Assembly: GCA_022703445.1 (NCBI GenBank)
Contig: JAKLDR010000013.1
Coordinates: forward strand, 2,599-66,598
DNA: 64,000 bases
Reading direction: 5' to 3'
Origin: Planctomycetota bacterium
Lineage (GTDB): Bacteria > Planctomycetota > SZUA-567 > JAKLDR01
Position numbers and translations under genes: made by a program. The notes under the pieces are model-generated. The model had not been told where the DNA came from and made no database searches. It was given only the letters and a program-made list of their open reading frames with translations. The stretch's first letter is position 1, and each line of letters begins with the position of its first letter. This document shows positions 53,863 through 61,677 of this stretch, piece after piece.

Positions 53863-55314
53863 TCAGCTTGCTGGTGCCCCCCACCCCGGCAACTCCACCC
53901 TGAACGTCGCCCCGCGGCCGGTCGCAGCGCCGCCGCCATCGCAGCTCAAGCTCCCGCCGTGCTCCTCGGCGATCCGCCGGGAGACGGCCAGGCCCAGCCC
54001 GGCGCCGCCGCTCTTGGTGGTGTAGAAGGGCGCGAAGATCTTCTCGACCTCCTCGGGCCTGATCCCCGGGCCGGAGTCCGAGACCTCGAGCAGGAGACGT
54101 CCGCCCCCGCCCGCCGCCGGCCTGATCCGCACGACGATCTCGCCGCCACGCGGCTGGGCCTGCATGGCGTTCAGGACCAGGTTCACGAGCACCTGCTTGA
54201 CCTTGTTGCGGTCGGCCCTGGCGGCCCCCGCGGCCGGGTCGAACTCGGTCCTGGCCACGACGTGGGCGTGCTCCAGCTGCCGGCGCATGAAGGCCAGGAC
54301 CTCCTCGACCAGCGCGGGGAGTTCCACCCGCGCGAAGACCGGCGGCGCCGGCCGGGCGAAGGAGACCATCTCGTCGACCACGAGCTCCAGGCGCGCCAGC
54401 TCCTCGAGGACCGCGCGGAGCCGCTCGGCGGCCTCCGGGCGCTTCTCGTCGGCCAGTTCCATCTCCACGACCATCTTGGCGCTGGTCAGGGGGTTCCGCA
54501 CCTCGTGGGCCATGGCCGCGGCCATCTGCCCGGCCACGGCCATCCGTTCGGAGCGGACCAGTTCCTCGCGCGCCGCGACGAGCGCGGCGCTCATCCGCTC
54601 GAGGCTCTCGCCGAGTTCCTCCACCTCGCGCCCGCCGCCCGGGGCGGCCCGGAAGGCCAGTTCGCCGCCGGCCGCGCGGCCGGCCTCGCCGGCCAGCTCG
54701 CCGAGCGGCCGGGCCACGGTGCGGGCCAGCAGGAACCCGAGGAACACCGCCGCCAGCGCGCCGGCCAGCGCCGTCCAGCCGATGGGAGCGGCCGCGGCGC
54801 GCCGGACGCGGTCGATCTCCGCCTGGGGGACAAGCAGCAGGGTCAGCCGCGGGACGCTCCGGCCCCCGGCGGCCTCAGCGTCCAGCGGGGGGTCGCTGCG
54901 CCAGGCGCTGAACACCTGGAAGCGCCGCCCGGCCAGGGTCAGGGGCCCGTCGAGGCGAGGCTCCGGCCGCGGCGACCGGCCATAGGCGCTCAGGTGGCGC
55001 TGCAGTTCGGCCCGCTCGGCCTCCGGCAGGGTGGTGTCGATGAGCGGGGCGCTGCCGCCGCCGCCGGCCGAAAGGCCCCGGACGCTGGCCACCTCGGCGC
55101 CGACCAGCGCCTTGGTCCTCGCCAGGATGTCGGGGTTGCTGACGAAGCTCGGCGGGATGGACTGGACCAGGGAGGCCATGCGGCCGCGGTAGAGCGCCTC
55201 GGCGGCCAGCCCTGCGCGCCAGGCGGCCAGGCCCGCGGTGATCAGGGAGACGGCCAGGAAGAGGCCCCCGAAGGCCAGGGCCAGTCGCGTGCCCAGGCCC
55301 AGCGGACGCCTCAT
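53863..55314 (-). CDS. Sensor histidine kinase (two TM, periplasmic loop, HAMP-like, HisKA/HATPase)
   Basis: ORF 53863..56136, started at ATG 55314, which overlaps the lgt stop (ATGA). H-box AMAHEVRNPL, N-box LVNLVLNAMQA, G-boxes SDSGPGI and GGAGLGLAVS. Confidence 0.85.
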   Translation of the reverse strand: MRRPLGLGTRLALAFGGLFLAVSLITAGLAAWRAGLAAEALYRGRMASLVQSIPPSFVSNPDILARTKALVGAEVASVRGLSAGGGGSAPLIDTTLPEAERAELQRHLSAYGRSPRPEPRLDGPLTLAGRRFQVFSAWRSDPPLDAEAAGGRSVPRLTLLLVPQAEIDRVRRAAAAPIGWTALAGALAAVFLGFLLARTVARPLGELAGEAGRAAGGELAFRAAPGGGREVEELGESLERMSAALVAAREELVRSERMAVAGQMAAAMAHEVRNPLTSAKMVVEMELADEKRPEAAERLRAVLEELARLELVVDEMVSFARPAPPVFARVELPALVEEVLAFMRRQLEHAHVVARTEFDPAAGAARADRNKVKQVLVNLVLNAMQAQPRGGEIVVRIRPAAGGGGRLLLEVSDSGPGIRPEEVEKIFAPFYTTKSGGAGLGLAVSRRIAEEHGGSLSCDGGGAATGRGATFRVELPGWGAPAS

Positions 55315-56225
55315 GCAGCCGGGCTCCCGGGCCGGCCGTCCTCCGGCTTCGGCGCCGGCGGCTCGAAGGGCTTCCGCCCAGCCCTGCGCGCCGCCAGCCA
55401 GGCCGCGCCGAAGACCAGCATCAGCCCGACGCTGATGTGCTGGAAGACGCTCAGGTTGAGCGGCACCAGCGACGGCCCGTCGGCGAAGGTGTCGGCCCTC
55501 AGGAACTCGTTGCAGAAGCGCCAGAGCGCATAGAGCAGCCCGAAGGCGCAGGCCGGGCCGCCGGCGAACGTCCGGCGCGGCCAGATCAGCCACCAGATCA
55601 GCACGGCCATGGCCAGCGCCGCGAGCGTCTCGTAGAGCTGGGTCGGGTGGACCGGGACGGCCTCCCGGAACCCGCAGAGCTGCCCGTTCTCGAAGAGCGC
55701 GTAGACGTGGCTGTGCTGCGGATAGGTCACGCCCCAGGGCAGGTCCCCGGCCACGCGCCCGAAGCAGCAGCCGTTGAGGAAGCAGCCGATCCGGGTCATG
55801 GCCAGCCCCACGGCCGCCGGGGCGGCGACGAAGTCCAGCACGTCGACGAAGGGGATCTTGCGCCGGCGGGTGTAGAGCCAAAGGGCCAGTATGCCCCCGC
55901 CCAGCCCCCCGTAGAAGACCAGCCCGCCCTTCCAGGTGGCCAGCATGGCCCCCAGCCAGCCGAACGGCCCCATCCACTCCGGCCACATGGCCCGGGATAC
56001 GAAGTAGTCCGGCCAGTAGATGACCACGTGGAGCAGCCGGGCGCCGAGCACTCCGCCGACGATGGCGAAGATGCCCATGTCGAAGACCTCCACCTTCTCG
56101 AGGCCCAGGGCCGCCGATCGCCGCCGGGCCATCCACACGGCCAGCAGAAAGCCGACCATGAGCATGGTGCCGTAGGCCGGGACGGCCAGGCCCAGGATAG
56201 GGATCGTGAAGAGGGTGGGGCTCAT
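55311..56225 (-). CDS. lgt: Prolipoprotein diacylglyceryl transferase
   Basis: ORF 55311..56267, started at ATG 56225. YGTMLMVGFLLAVW, GGVLGARL, FWKGGLVFYGGL-like (TWKGGLVFYGGLGG), RIGCFLNGCCFG, and HPTQLYE are Lgt signatures. Confidence 0.9.
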   Translation of the reverse strand: MSPTLFTIPILGLAVPAYGTMLMVGFLLAVWMARRRSAALGLEKVEVFDMGIFAIVGGVLGARLLHVVIYWPDYFVSRAMWPEWMGPFGWLGAMLATWKGGLVFYGGLGGGILALWLYTRRRKIPFVDVLDFVAAPAAVGLAMTRIGCFLNGCCFGRVAGDLPWGVTYPQHSHVYALFENGQLCGFREAVPVHPTQLYETLAALAMAVLIWWLIWPRRTFAGGPACAFGLLYALWRFCNEFLRADTFADGPSLVPLNLSVFQHISVGLMLVFGAAWLAARRAGRKPFEPPAPKPEDGRPGSPAA

Positions 56226-56229
56226 GGGC

Positions 56230-57111
56230 CTACTTCCGGCCCGCGCGCGACCTTCCGGCCGGCTCAAGAAGCAGGTTGTCGATCAGCCGGGTCCGGCCGA
56301 AGCGGACCGCCAGCAGGGCCAGCGCCGGGCGCGTGATCTTCTCGATGTCCTCGAAGCTGTCGGGGTCGACGACCGCGGCGTAGTCGAGCTCGGCCAGCGG
56401 CTCCTCGACGATCTCCTCGGCCATGGCCGCGGCCACCTTGGTGGCCTGGCGCTCGCCGTCGGCGACCAGGTCCGCGGCGGTCTTCAGCGCCCTGGCCAGA
56501 CACAGCGCCGCCTGCCGCTCACCGGGGTTCAGGTAGGCGTTCCGGGAGCTCATGGCCAGGCCGTCCGGCTCGCGGACTATGGGGCAGGCCACCACCTGGA
56601 CGCCGAAGTTGAGCCCGCGGACCAGGTTGCGGATCACCGCCAGCTGCTGCGCGTCCTTCTGGCCGAAGTAGGCCCGGTCGGGCAGAACGATGTTGAAGAG
56701 CTTGGCCACCACCGTGGCCACCCCGCGGAAGTGGCCGGGGCGGCTGGCGCCCTCCAGCGGCCCGGCCACCGCGCCGGGCTCGACGGCGGAACTGAAATCC
56801 TTCGGGTACATCTCCTCGGCCGAGGGCGCGAAGACCGCGTCCACGCCGGCCCCGGCCGAGAGATCCAGGTCCCGCTCCAGGTCCCGCGGGTAGCGCTCGA
56901 GATCCTCGCCGGGACCGAACTGGGTCGGGTTCACGAAGATGCTGACGGCCACGAAGTCGTTCTCGGCCCGGGCCCGGCGCATCAGCGAGACGTGCCCCTC
57001 GTGGAGCGCGCCCATGGTGGGCACGAAACCGACCGACTTGCCGGCGGCGCGCTCGGCCAGGGAGAGCCGCCGCATGGCGGCGGCCTCAGTGACGACCTGG
57101 GGTTTCTTCAC
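56230..57111 (-). CDS. panC: Pantoate--beta-alanine ligase
   Basis: VGFVPTMGALHEGHVSLM, SIFVNPTQFGPGEDL and RPGHFRGVATVV are canonical PanC motifs. Confidence 0.95.
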   Translation of the reverse strand: MKKPQVVTEAAAMRRLSLAERAAGKSVGFVPTMGALHEGHVSLMRRARAENDFVAVSIFVNPTQFGPGEDLERYPRDLERDLDLSAGAGVDAVFAPSAEEMYPKDFSSAVEPGAVAGPLEGASRPGHFRGVATVVAKLFNIVLPDRAYFGQKDAQQLAVIRNLVRGLNFGVQVVACPIVREPDGLAMSSRNAYLNPGERQAALCLARALKTAADLVADGERQATKVAAAMAEEIVEEPLAELDYAAVVDPDSFEDIEKITRPALALLAVRFGRTRLIDNLLLEPAGRSRAGRK

Positions 57112-57114
57112 GGG

Positions 57115-58287
57115 CTATTTCTTCCCTTCGGCGCTCATGGCCGCCAGCGGGGAGCCGCCACCGGGCGGCGCGAAGAAGCTCGTCCCCGGCCCCAGGCCGA
57201 CCAGCGCGTCGACCAGCGCGGCCAGCTGCTCCCGACCGCGGACCAGGTCGAGTTCGTCGGTGTCCACCACCAGCACCGGCGCCCCGGCCGGGCTCCGGAA
57301 ATGCTCGGCGTAGGCGGCGCAGATCCTCTCGAGATAGGCGGGGAGGTCCTCGCCAAGCTCGTAGGCGATGCCCCGCCGGCGGACGCGCTCCATGAGCACG
57401 CCGGGCGAGGCCCGCAGGTAGACGATGGCGTCGGGCCGCTCGAGCCTCCCGGCCACGCCCTCCTCCAGGCGACGATAGAGCCCGAATTCCTCGGGGGACA
57501 GGTTCAGCCCCGCGAAGATCCGGTCCTTGTCGAAGAAGTAGTCGGCCACCGTCCCGCCGGCGAAGAGGTCGCCCTGGGCCAGCTCCGACAGCTGCCGGTA
57601 GCGGTCGAGCAGGAAGGAGACCTGGGCCTGGAAGGCCCAGCGCCGCCGGTCCTTGTACATCAGCGGCAGGAAGGGGTTGGCCTCGGGGGCCTCCAGCACC
57701 AGCCGGTAGCCGAGTTCGTGGGCCAGCCGCGCGGCCAGCGTGGTCTTGCCCACGCCCATGGGGCCCTCCACGGCGATGTGCCGGAAGGGGCTGGCCCGGC
57801 GCCCGGAACCAGCGCGCCGGGCCGGGGCGTTAAAGGCCGCCCAGAGCTCAGCCACGGTCCGCCCGGTGCCGGGCACGGCCAGGCCCGGGGCGATTTCGGC
57901 CAGCGGCTCGAGCACGAAGCCGCGCTCGGCGATCCGCGGATGCGGGACGGTCAGGTCGGGCGCGTCGATGACCCGCTCGCCATAGAGCAGGATGTCGATG
58001 TCGATGGGCCGGGCAGCCCAGCGCTCGGCCGGGCGCTTCCGCCCCAGGGATTTCTCGACCTCCATGATGGCGGCGAGCAGCTCGCGCGGCGAGAGGTCGG
58101 TCTCGGCCATGGCCGCGGCGTTGATGAACTCCGGCTGGCCCTTCGGACCGCCGATCGGGGCGGTCTCGAACATGGCGCTCGCCACCCGGATGCCCACGCC
58201 GCGCGCGGCCAGCAGCTCCAGCGCCCGGCGGACGTTGGCCTCGCGGTCGCCGAGGTTGGCCCCCAGGCCGAGGTAGACGGTGGGCAT
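57115..58287 (-). CDS. folK: Bifunctional HPPK (FolK) / deoxynucleoside-kinase-family fusion protein
   Basis: N-terminal YLGLGANLGDR..ETAPIGGP..RWAARPIDIDILLYG..LTVPHPR (HPPK). The C-terminal half has the P-loop IAVEGPMGVGKTTLA and a DRY/ERS-like layout of dNK-family kinases. GGAGGA lies upstream of ATG 58287. Confidence 0.85.
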   Translation of the reverse strand: MPTVYLGLGANLGDREANVRRALELLAARGVGIRVASAMFETAPIGGPKGQPEFINAAAMAETDLSPRELLAAIMEVEKSLGRKRPAERWAARPIDIDILLYGERVIDAPDLTVPHPRIAERGFVLEPLAEIAPGLAVPGTGRTVAELWAAFNAPARRAGSGRRASPFRHIAVEGPMGVGKTTLAARLAHELGYRLVLEAPEANPFLPLMYKDRRRWAFQAQVSFLLDRYRQLSELAQGDLFAGGTVADYFFDKDRIFAGLNLSPEEFGLYRRLEEGVAGRLERPDAIVYLRASPGVLMERVRRRGIAYELGEDLPAYLERICAAYAEHFRSPAGAPVLVVDTDELDLVRGREQLAALVDALVGLGPGTSFFAPPGGGSPLAAMSAEGKK

Positions 58288-58320
58288 CAGTTCCTCCGTG
58301 GCGAATGACGTGCGGCCATC

Positions 58321-58349
58321 ACTTTACGGCCCGACGGCTGGAGTGTCAA
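58321..58349 (-). promoter_or_regulatory. Near-consensus sigma70-type promoter for folK-panC-lgt (TTGACA-N17-TAAAGT)
   Basis: On the minus strand, TTGACA lies at 58349..58344, then a 17-nt spacer, then TAAAGT at 58326..58321, about 35 nt upstream of ATG 58287. Confidence 0.5.
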
Positions 58350-58365
58350 CTGGGACGCCACAAAT

Positions 58366-58452
58366 GCGGAATGATGAATTATGAATGCCGAACGGAAACG
58401 AGGGACTGCCCCCACGCCGTTCTGCATCCATCATTCAACATTCATGATTCGC
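58366..58452 (-). terminator. AT-rich imperfect hairpin just downstream of dapL (terminator/attenuator candidate)
   Basis: The arms 58366..58395 (GCGGAATGATGAATTATGAATGCCGAACGG) and 58417..58452 (CCGTTCTGCATCCATCATTCAACATTCATGATTCGC) pair imperfectly. GAACGG/CCGTTC is perfect and ATGAATGC/GCATCCAT pairs at 7/8. The element starts 9 nt after the dapL stop, and its AT-richness stands out against the GC-rich flanks. Confidence 0.35.
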
Positions 58453-58460
58453 CGCGGCGC

Positions 58461-59675
58461 CTACCACTTGATCCGCCCGATGCGGCCGACCGCCTCGGCC
58501 AGGCGCTTTTCCGGCACGGTCAGGGCGGCACGCAGGTAGCCCTCGCCGCTCGGCCCGAAGCCGATGCCCGGGGTGAGGACGATGTCGGCCTCCTCCAGGA
58601 TCCGGGTGGCCGCGTCGGCGCTCTGCAGGCCCTTCGGAGTGGGGAACCAGACGTAGAAGGCGCCCCTGGGCTTCTGGACCGCCAGTCCCAGCTTCGCCAG
58701 GCCGTCGCAGAAGACGTCGCAGCGCTTCTGGTACATGGCCCGCAGCGGGGAGATGAAGTCATCGTAGCGCTCCAGGGCCTCGACCGCGGCGAGCTGGATG
58801 GCCGTGAAGATGCCGCTGTCCACGTTGGTCTTGACCTTGCCGAGCGCGCCGCAGAGCTCGGCCGAGCCGGCCGCGAAGCCCACCCGCCAGCCGGTCATGT
58901 TGAAGGTCTTCGAGAACGAGTGGAACTCGATGACCCGTTCCATGGCGCCGGGGATGGAGAGCATGCTCATGGGCTCGGCGCCGTCGAAGGCCAGCTCGGA
59001 GTAGGCGGTGTCGCTGACCACGATCAGGTCGTGCTTCTGGGCGAAGGCCAGGAGCTCCTGGTAGAACTTCGCGTCGGCCACCGCGCCGGTGGGGTTGTTC
59101 GGGTAGTTGACGTAGATCATCTTGGCGCGCTTGAGGCTCGCCGGCTTGATGGCGCCGAGGTCCGGCAGGAAGCCGTTCTTGGCCAGCAACGGCATCATGA
59201 CCGGCTCGCCGCCGGCGAAGATGGTGCCCGAGCGGTAGGGCGGATAACCCGGCTCGGGGATCAGCGCGGCGTCGCCCGGGTTGATGTAGGCCAGGGGGAA
59301 GTGGGCGATGCCCTCCTTCGACCCGATGATCGGGTAGATCTCGCCGTCCGGCGAGAGTTCCACGCCGAAGCGCTTCTTCATCCAGCGGGCGGCGGCGCCG
59401 CGCAGCTCGGGTGAGCCGTTGTCCAGCGCGTACTGGTGCGTCGCCGGGTTCTGGGCGTGCTTGTAGAGCGCGTCGATCACGAACTTGGGCGTCGGGCTGT
59501 CCGGGTCGCCGATGCCCAGGTTGATCACGTCGCGGCCGGCGGCGATGGCGGCCTTCTTCTTCTTGTCGATCTCGGCAAAAAGGTAGGGGGGCAGCTTCTG
59601 GAGACGCTCGGCGATCTGGAACTTGGGGGGCACGGGCTTGATCCTCCACGGCCGGACGGGGAAACTGGCGGCCAC
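58461..59675 (-). CDS. dapL: LL-diaminopimelate aminotransferase-like class I aminotransferase
   Basis: KLPPYLFAEIDKKK..DVINLGIGDPD.PTP N-terminus, NYPNNPTG, and the SFSKTFNMTGWRVG PLP-lysine context. The DapL versus generic aspartate aminotransferase call is from memory of the LPPYLFAEID signature. Confidence 0.7.
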   Translation of the reverse strand: MAASFPVRPWRIKPVPPKFQIAERLQKLPPYLFAEIDKKKKAAIAAGRDVINLGIGDPDSPTPKFVIDALYKHAQNPATHQYALDNGSPELRGAAARWMKKRFGVELSPDGEIYPIIGSKEGIAHFPLAYINPGDAALIPEPGYPPYRSGTIFAGGEPVMMPLLAKNGFLPDLGAIKPASLKRAKMIYVNYPNNPTGAVADAKFYQELLAFAQKHDLIVVSDTAYSELAFDGAEPMSMLSIPGAMERVIEFHSFSKTFNMTGWRVGFAAGSAELCGALGKVKTNVDSGIFTAIQLAAVEALERYDDFISPLRAMYQKRCDVFCDGLAKLGLAVQKPRGAFYVWFPTPKGLQSADAATRILEEADIVLTPGIGFGPSGEGYLRAALTVPEKRLAEAVGRIGRIKW

Positions 59676-59786
59676 CGCCAGTCATGAGCCGTCGCCAACG
59701 GCGGCTACTTTAACGCCCGGCGGAAAGGGTGTCAACCGGAGGCGTAGGCACCGGGTCTTCACACTGGCCAGTCCGGCGCCGGGTCC

Positions 59787-59814
59787 TTGACAATAATTGT
59801 CACCTCCCTACACT
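59787..59814 (+). promoter_or_regulatory. Sigma70-type promoter candidate for pilT (TTGACA-N16-TACACT) with overlapping 15-bp palindrome
   Basis: TTGACA at 59787..59792 and TACACT at 59809..59814. The perfect palindrome TGACAAT-A-ATTGTCA at 59788..59802 covers the -35 element and spacer. Confidence 0.5.
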
Positions 59815-59925
59815 CTATGGTCGCCGTGACAGGGCGATGGCCGGCCAATAAGTAGGTGAAGGCCGGCGCGTTCAGACCGGGCTAGCCCGGCCCCTGATGT
59901 CCCGTGGAGATACTGGAGGCCCCGC

Positions 59926-61011
59926 ATGGTGACCCTAGAGGAACTTCTCCGGGTAATGATCGAACGCGGCTCCAGCGACCTGCACATCACCGCCGGCAGC
60001 CCGCCCCGCATCCGTGTCGACGGCAAGCTCAACCCCACCGAACACGAGATGCTCGACGCCGAGTGGAGCCAGCGGCTGGCCTACAGCATCCTGGACAACG
60101 ACCAGATCGCCAAGTTCGAGCGCGACCTGGAACTGGACATGTCCTTCGGCATCGCCGGCATCGGCCGCTTCCGCACCAACGTCTTCATGCAGCGCGGCGC
60201 GGTGGGCATGGCCATCCGGGTGATCCCCTATGAAATCGCCAGCTTCGAGACCCTGGGCCTGCCCCAGGTGGTCTGCCAGAAGCTCTGCGATCTGCCCAAG
60301 GGCCTGGTCCTGGTGACCGGGGCCACCGGCTCGGGCAAGTCGACGACGCTGGCCGCCATGATCGACAACATCAACACCTATCAGCCGGTGCACATCGTCA
60401 CCATCGAGGACCCCATCGAGTTCGTGCACCGCAACAAGACCTCCCTGGTCAACCAGCGCGAGGTCGGCCCGGACACCAAGGGCTTCTCAGAGGCCCTGCG
60501 CCACGTCCTGCGCCAGGACCCGGACGTGGTGCTGATCGGCGAGATGCGCGACCAGGAGACCATGGAGGCCGGGCTGACCCTGGCCGAGACCGGCCACCTG
60601 ACCTTCGCCACCCTGCACACCTCCGACTGCGTCCAGACCATCAACCGCATCATCGACGCCTTCCCGACCGGGCAGCAGAACCAGATCCGCACGCAGCTCT
60701 CCTTCGTGCTCGAGGGAGTCTTCTGCCAGCAGCTCCTGCCCGTGGCCAACGGCAAGGGCCGGGTGCTGGCCGCCGAGATCATGCTGCCCAACGAGGCCAT
60801 CCGCGCGCTGATCCGCGAGGACAAGGCCCACCAGATCCAGTCCAGCATCCAGGTCGGCGGCAACGTGGGCATGCGCACCATGAACCAGTCGCTGTTCGAG
60901 CTCTACAAGCGCGGCCAGATCACCTACGAGGACGCCATCCACCACACCTCCGACCCGGAGGACCTGAAGCGCACCTTCCAGCGCGCCGTCCCCGGGCCGG
61001 GAGGGCGGTAG
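59926..61011 (+). CDS. pilT: Type IV pilus retraction ATPase PilT
   Basis: GGAGG upstream. SDLHITAGSPP, Walker A GATGSGKSTT, TIEDPIEF, RQDPDVVLIGEMRD, TGHLTFATLHT, and the AIRALIREDK (AIRNLIRE-type) PilT signature. Confidence 0.95.
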   Translation: MVTLEELLRVMIERGSSDLHITAGSPPRIRVDGKLNPTEHEMLDAEWSQRLAYSILDNDQIAKFERDLELDMSFGIAGIGRFRTNVFMQRGAVGMAIRVIPYEIASFETLGLPQVVCQKLCDLPKGLVLVTGATGSGKSTTLAAMIDNINTYQPVHIVTIEDPIEFVHRNKTSLVNQREVGPDTKGFSEALRHVLRQDPDVVLIGEMRDQETMEAGLTLAETGHLTFATLHTSDCVQTINRIIDAFPTGQQNQIRTQLSFVLEGVFCQQLLPVANGKGRVLAAEIMLPNEAIRALIREDKAHQIQSSIQVGGNVGMRTMNQSLFELYKRGQITYEDAIHHTSDPEDLKRTFQRAVPGPGGR

Positions 61012-61062
61012 GCCGGGCCGGCGCCGCTGGGGACGGGAACCGGAACGGGGGCAGGCTGACCG

Positions 61063-61677
61063 ATGGTCCGCATCACGCGCATGACCAAGAAGCGGCTCGG
61101 GGAGCTGCTGCGCGACGAGGGACTGGTCAACGAGGCCCAGATCGAGGAGGCCCTGGCCGATCAGCGCAAGTCCGGGGAGCTGCTCGGCGAGGTGCTGGTC
61201 CGCCTCGGCTACGTCACCGAGGCCGACATAGCCCAGACCATTGTCACCCAGTTCGGCCTGCCCTACATCGCCGTCAAACAGTACTTCCTGTCCGACGACG
61301 TCATCAAGCTCTTCCCGGAAAGGCTGATGCGCCAGCACCAGTTCATCCCCCTGGACCGGATCGGGCGGGTCATCACCATTGCCGTCGGCGGGCTGCTCAA
61401 CTTCGACGTGCTCACCGAGCTGGAGAACATGGCCACCGCGCGGATCCAGGTGTTCGTGTCCACCTGGAGCGAGATCAAGGCGGCCATCGACGATCGCTTC
61501 AAGGGGTCGGCCAAGCCCAAGGCCAAGGGACAGACCCAGGTCTCCGCGCCGCCGCCGCCCGGACCGGCGCCGGCCGCCCAGGCGCCCGCTGCCGCCGAAG
61601 GCGAGGACAGCACCCTGACCGAACTCGGCAACATGCTGCTCGGCGACGTCGGGGGCGGACCGGAGCCGCAGAAGTGA
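61063..61677 (+). CDS. Stand-alone T2SSE_N / MshEN-like domain protein
   Basis: 204 aa (alternative start ATG 61081). RLGELLRDEGLVNEAQIEEALADQ followed by LGEVLVRLGYVTEADIAQTIVTQ are two copies of the GspE-N/MshEN helix-pair motif. The tail is Pro/Ala-rich. The stop overlaps the pilB GTG start (GTGA). Confidence 0.7.
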   Translation: MVRITRMTKKRLGELLRDEGLVNEAQIEEALADQRKSGELLGEVLVRLGYVTEADIAQTIVTQFGLPYIAVKQYFLSDDVIKLFPERLMRQHQFIPLDRIGRVITIAVGGLLNFDVLTELENMATARIQVFVSTWSEIKAAIDDRFKGSAKPKAKGQTQVSAPPPPGPAPAAQAPAAAEGEDSTLTELGNMLLGDVGGGPEPQK

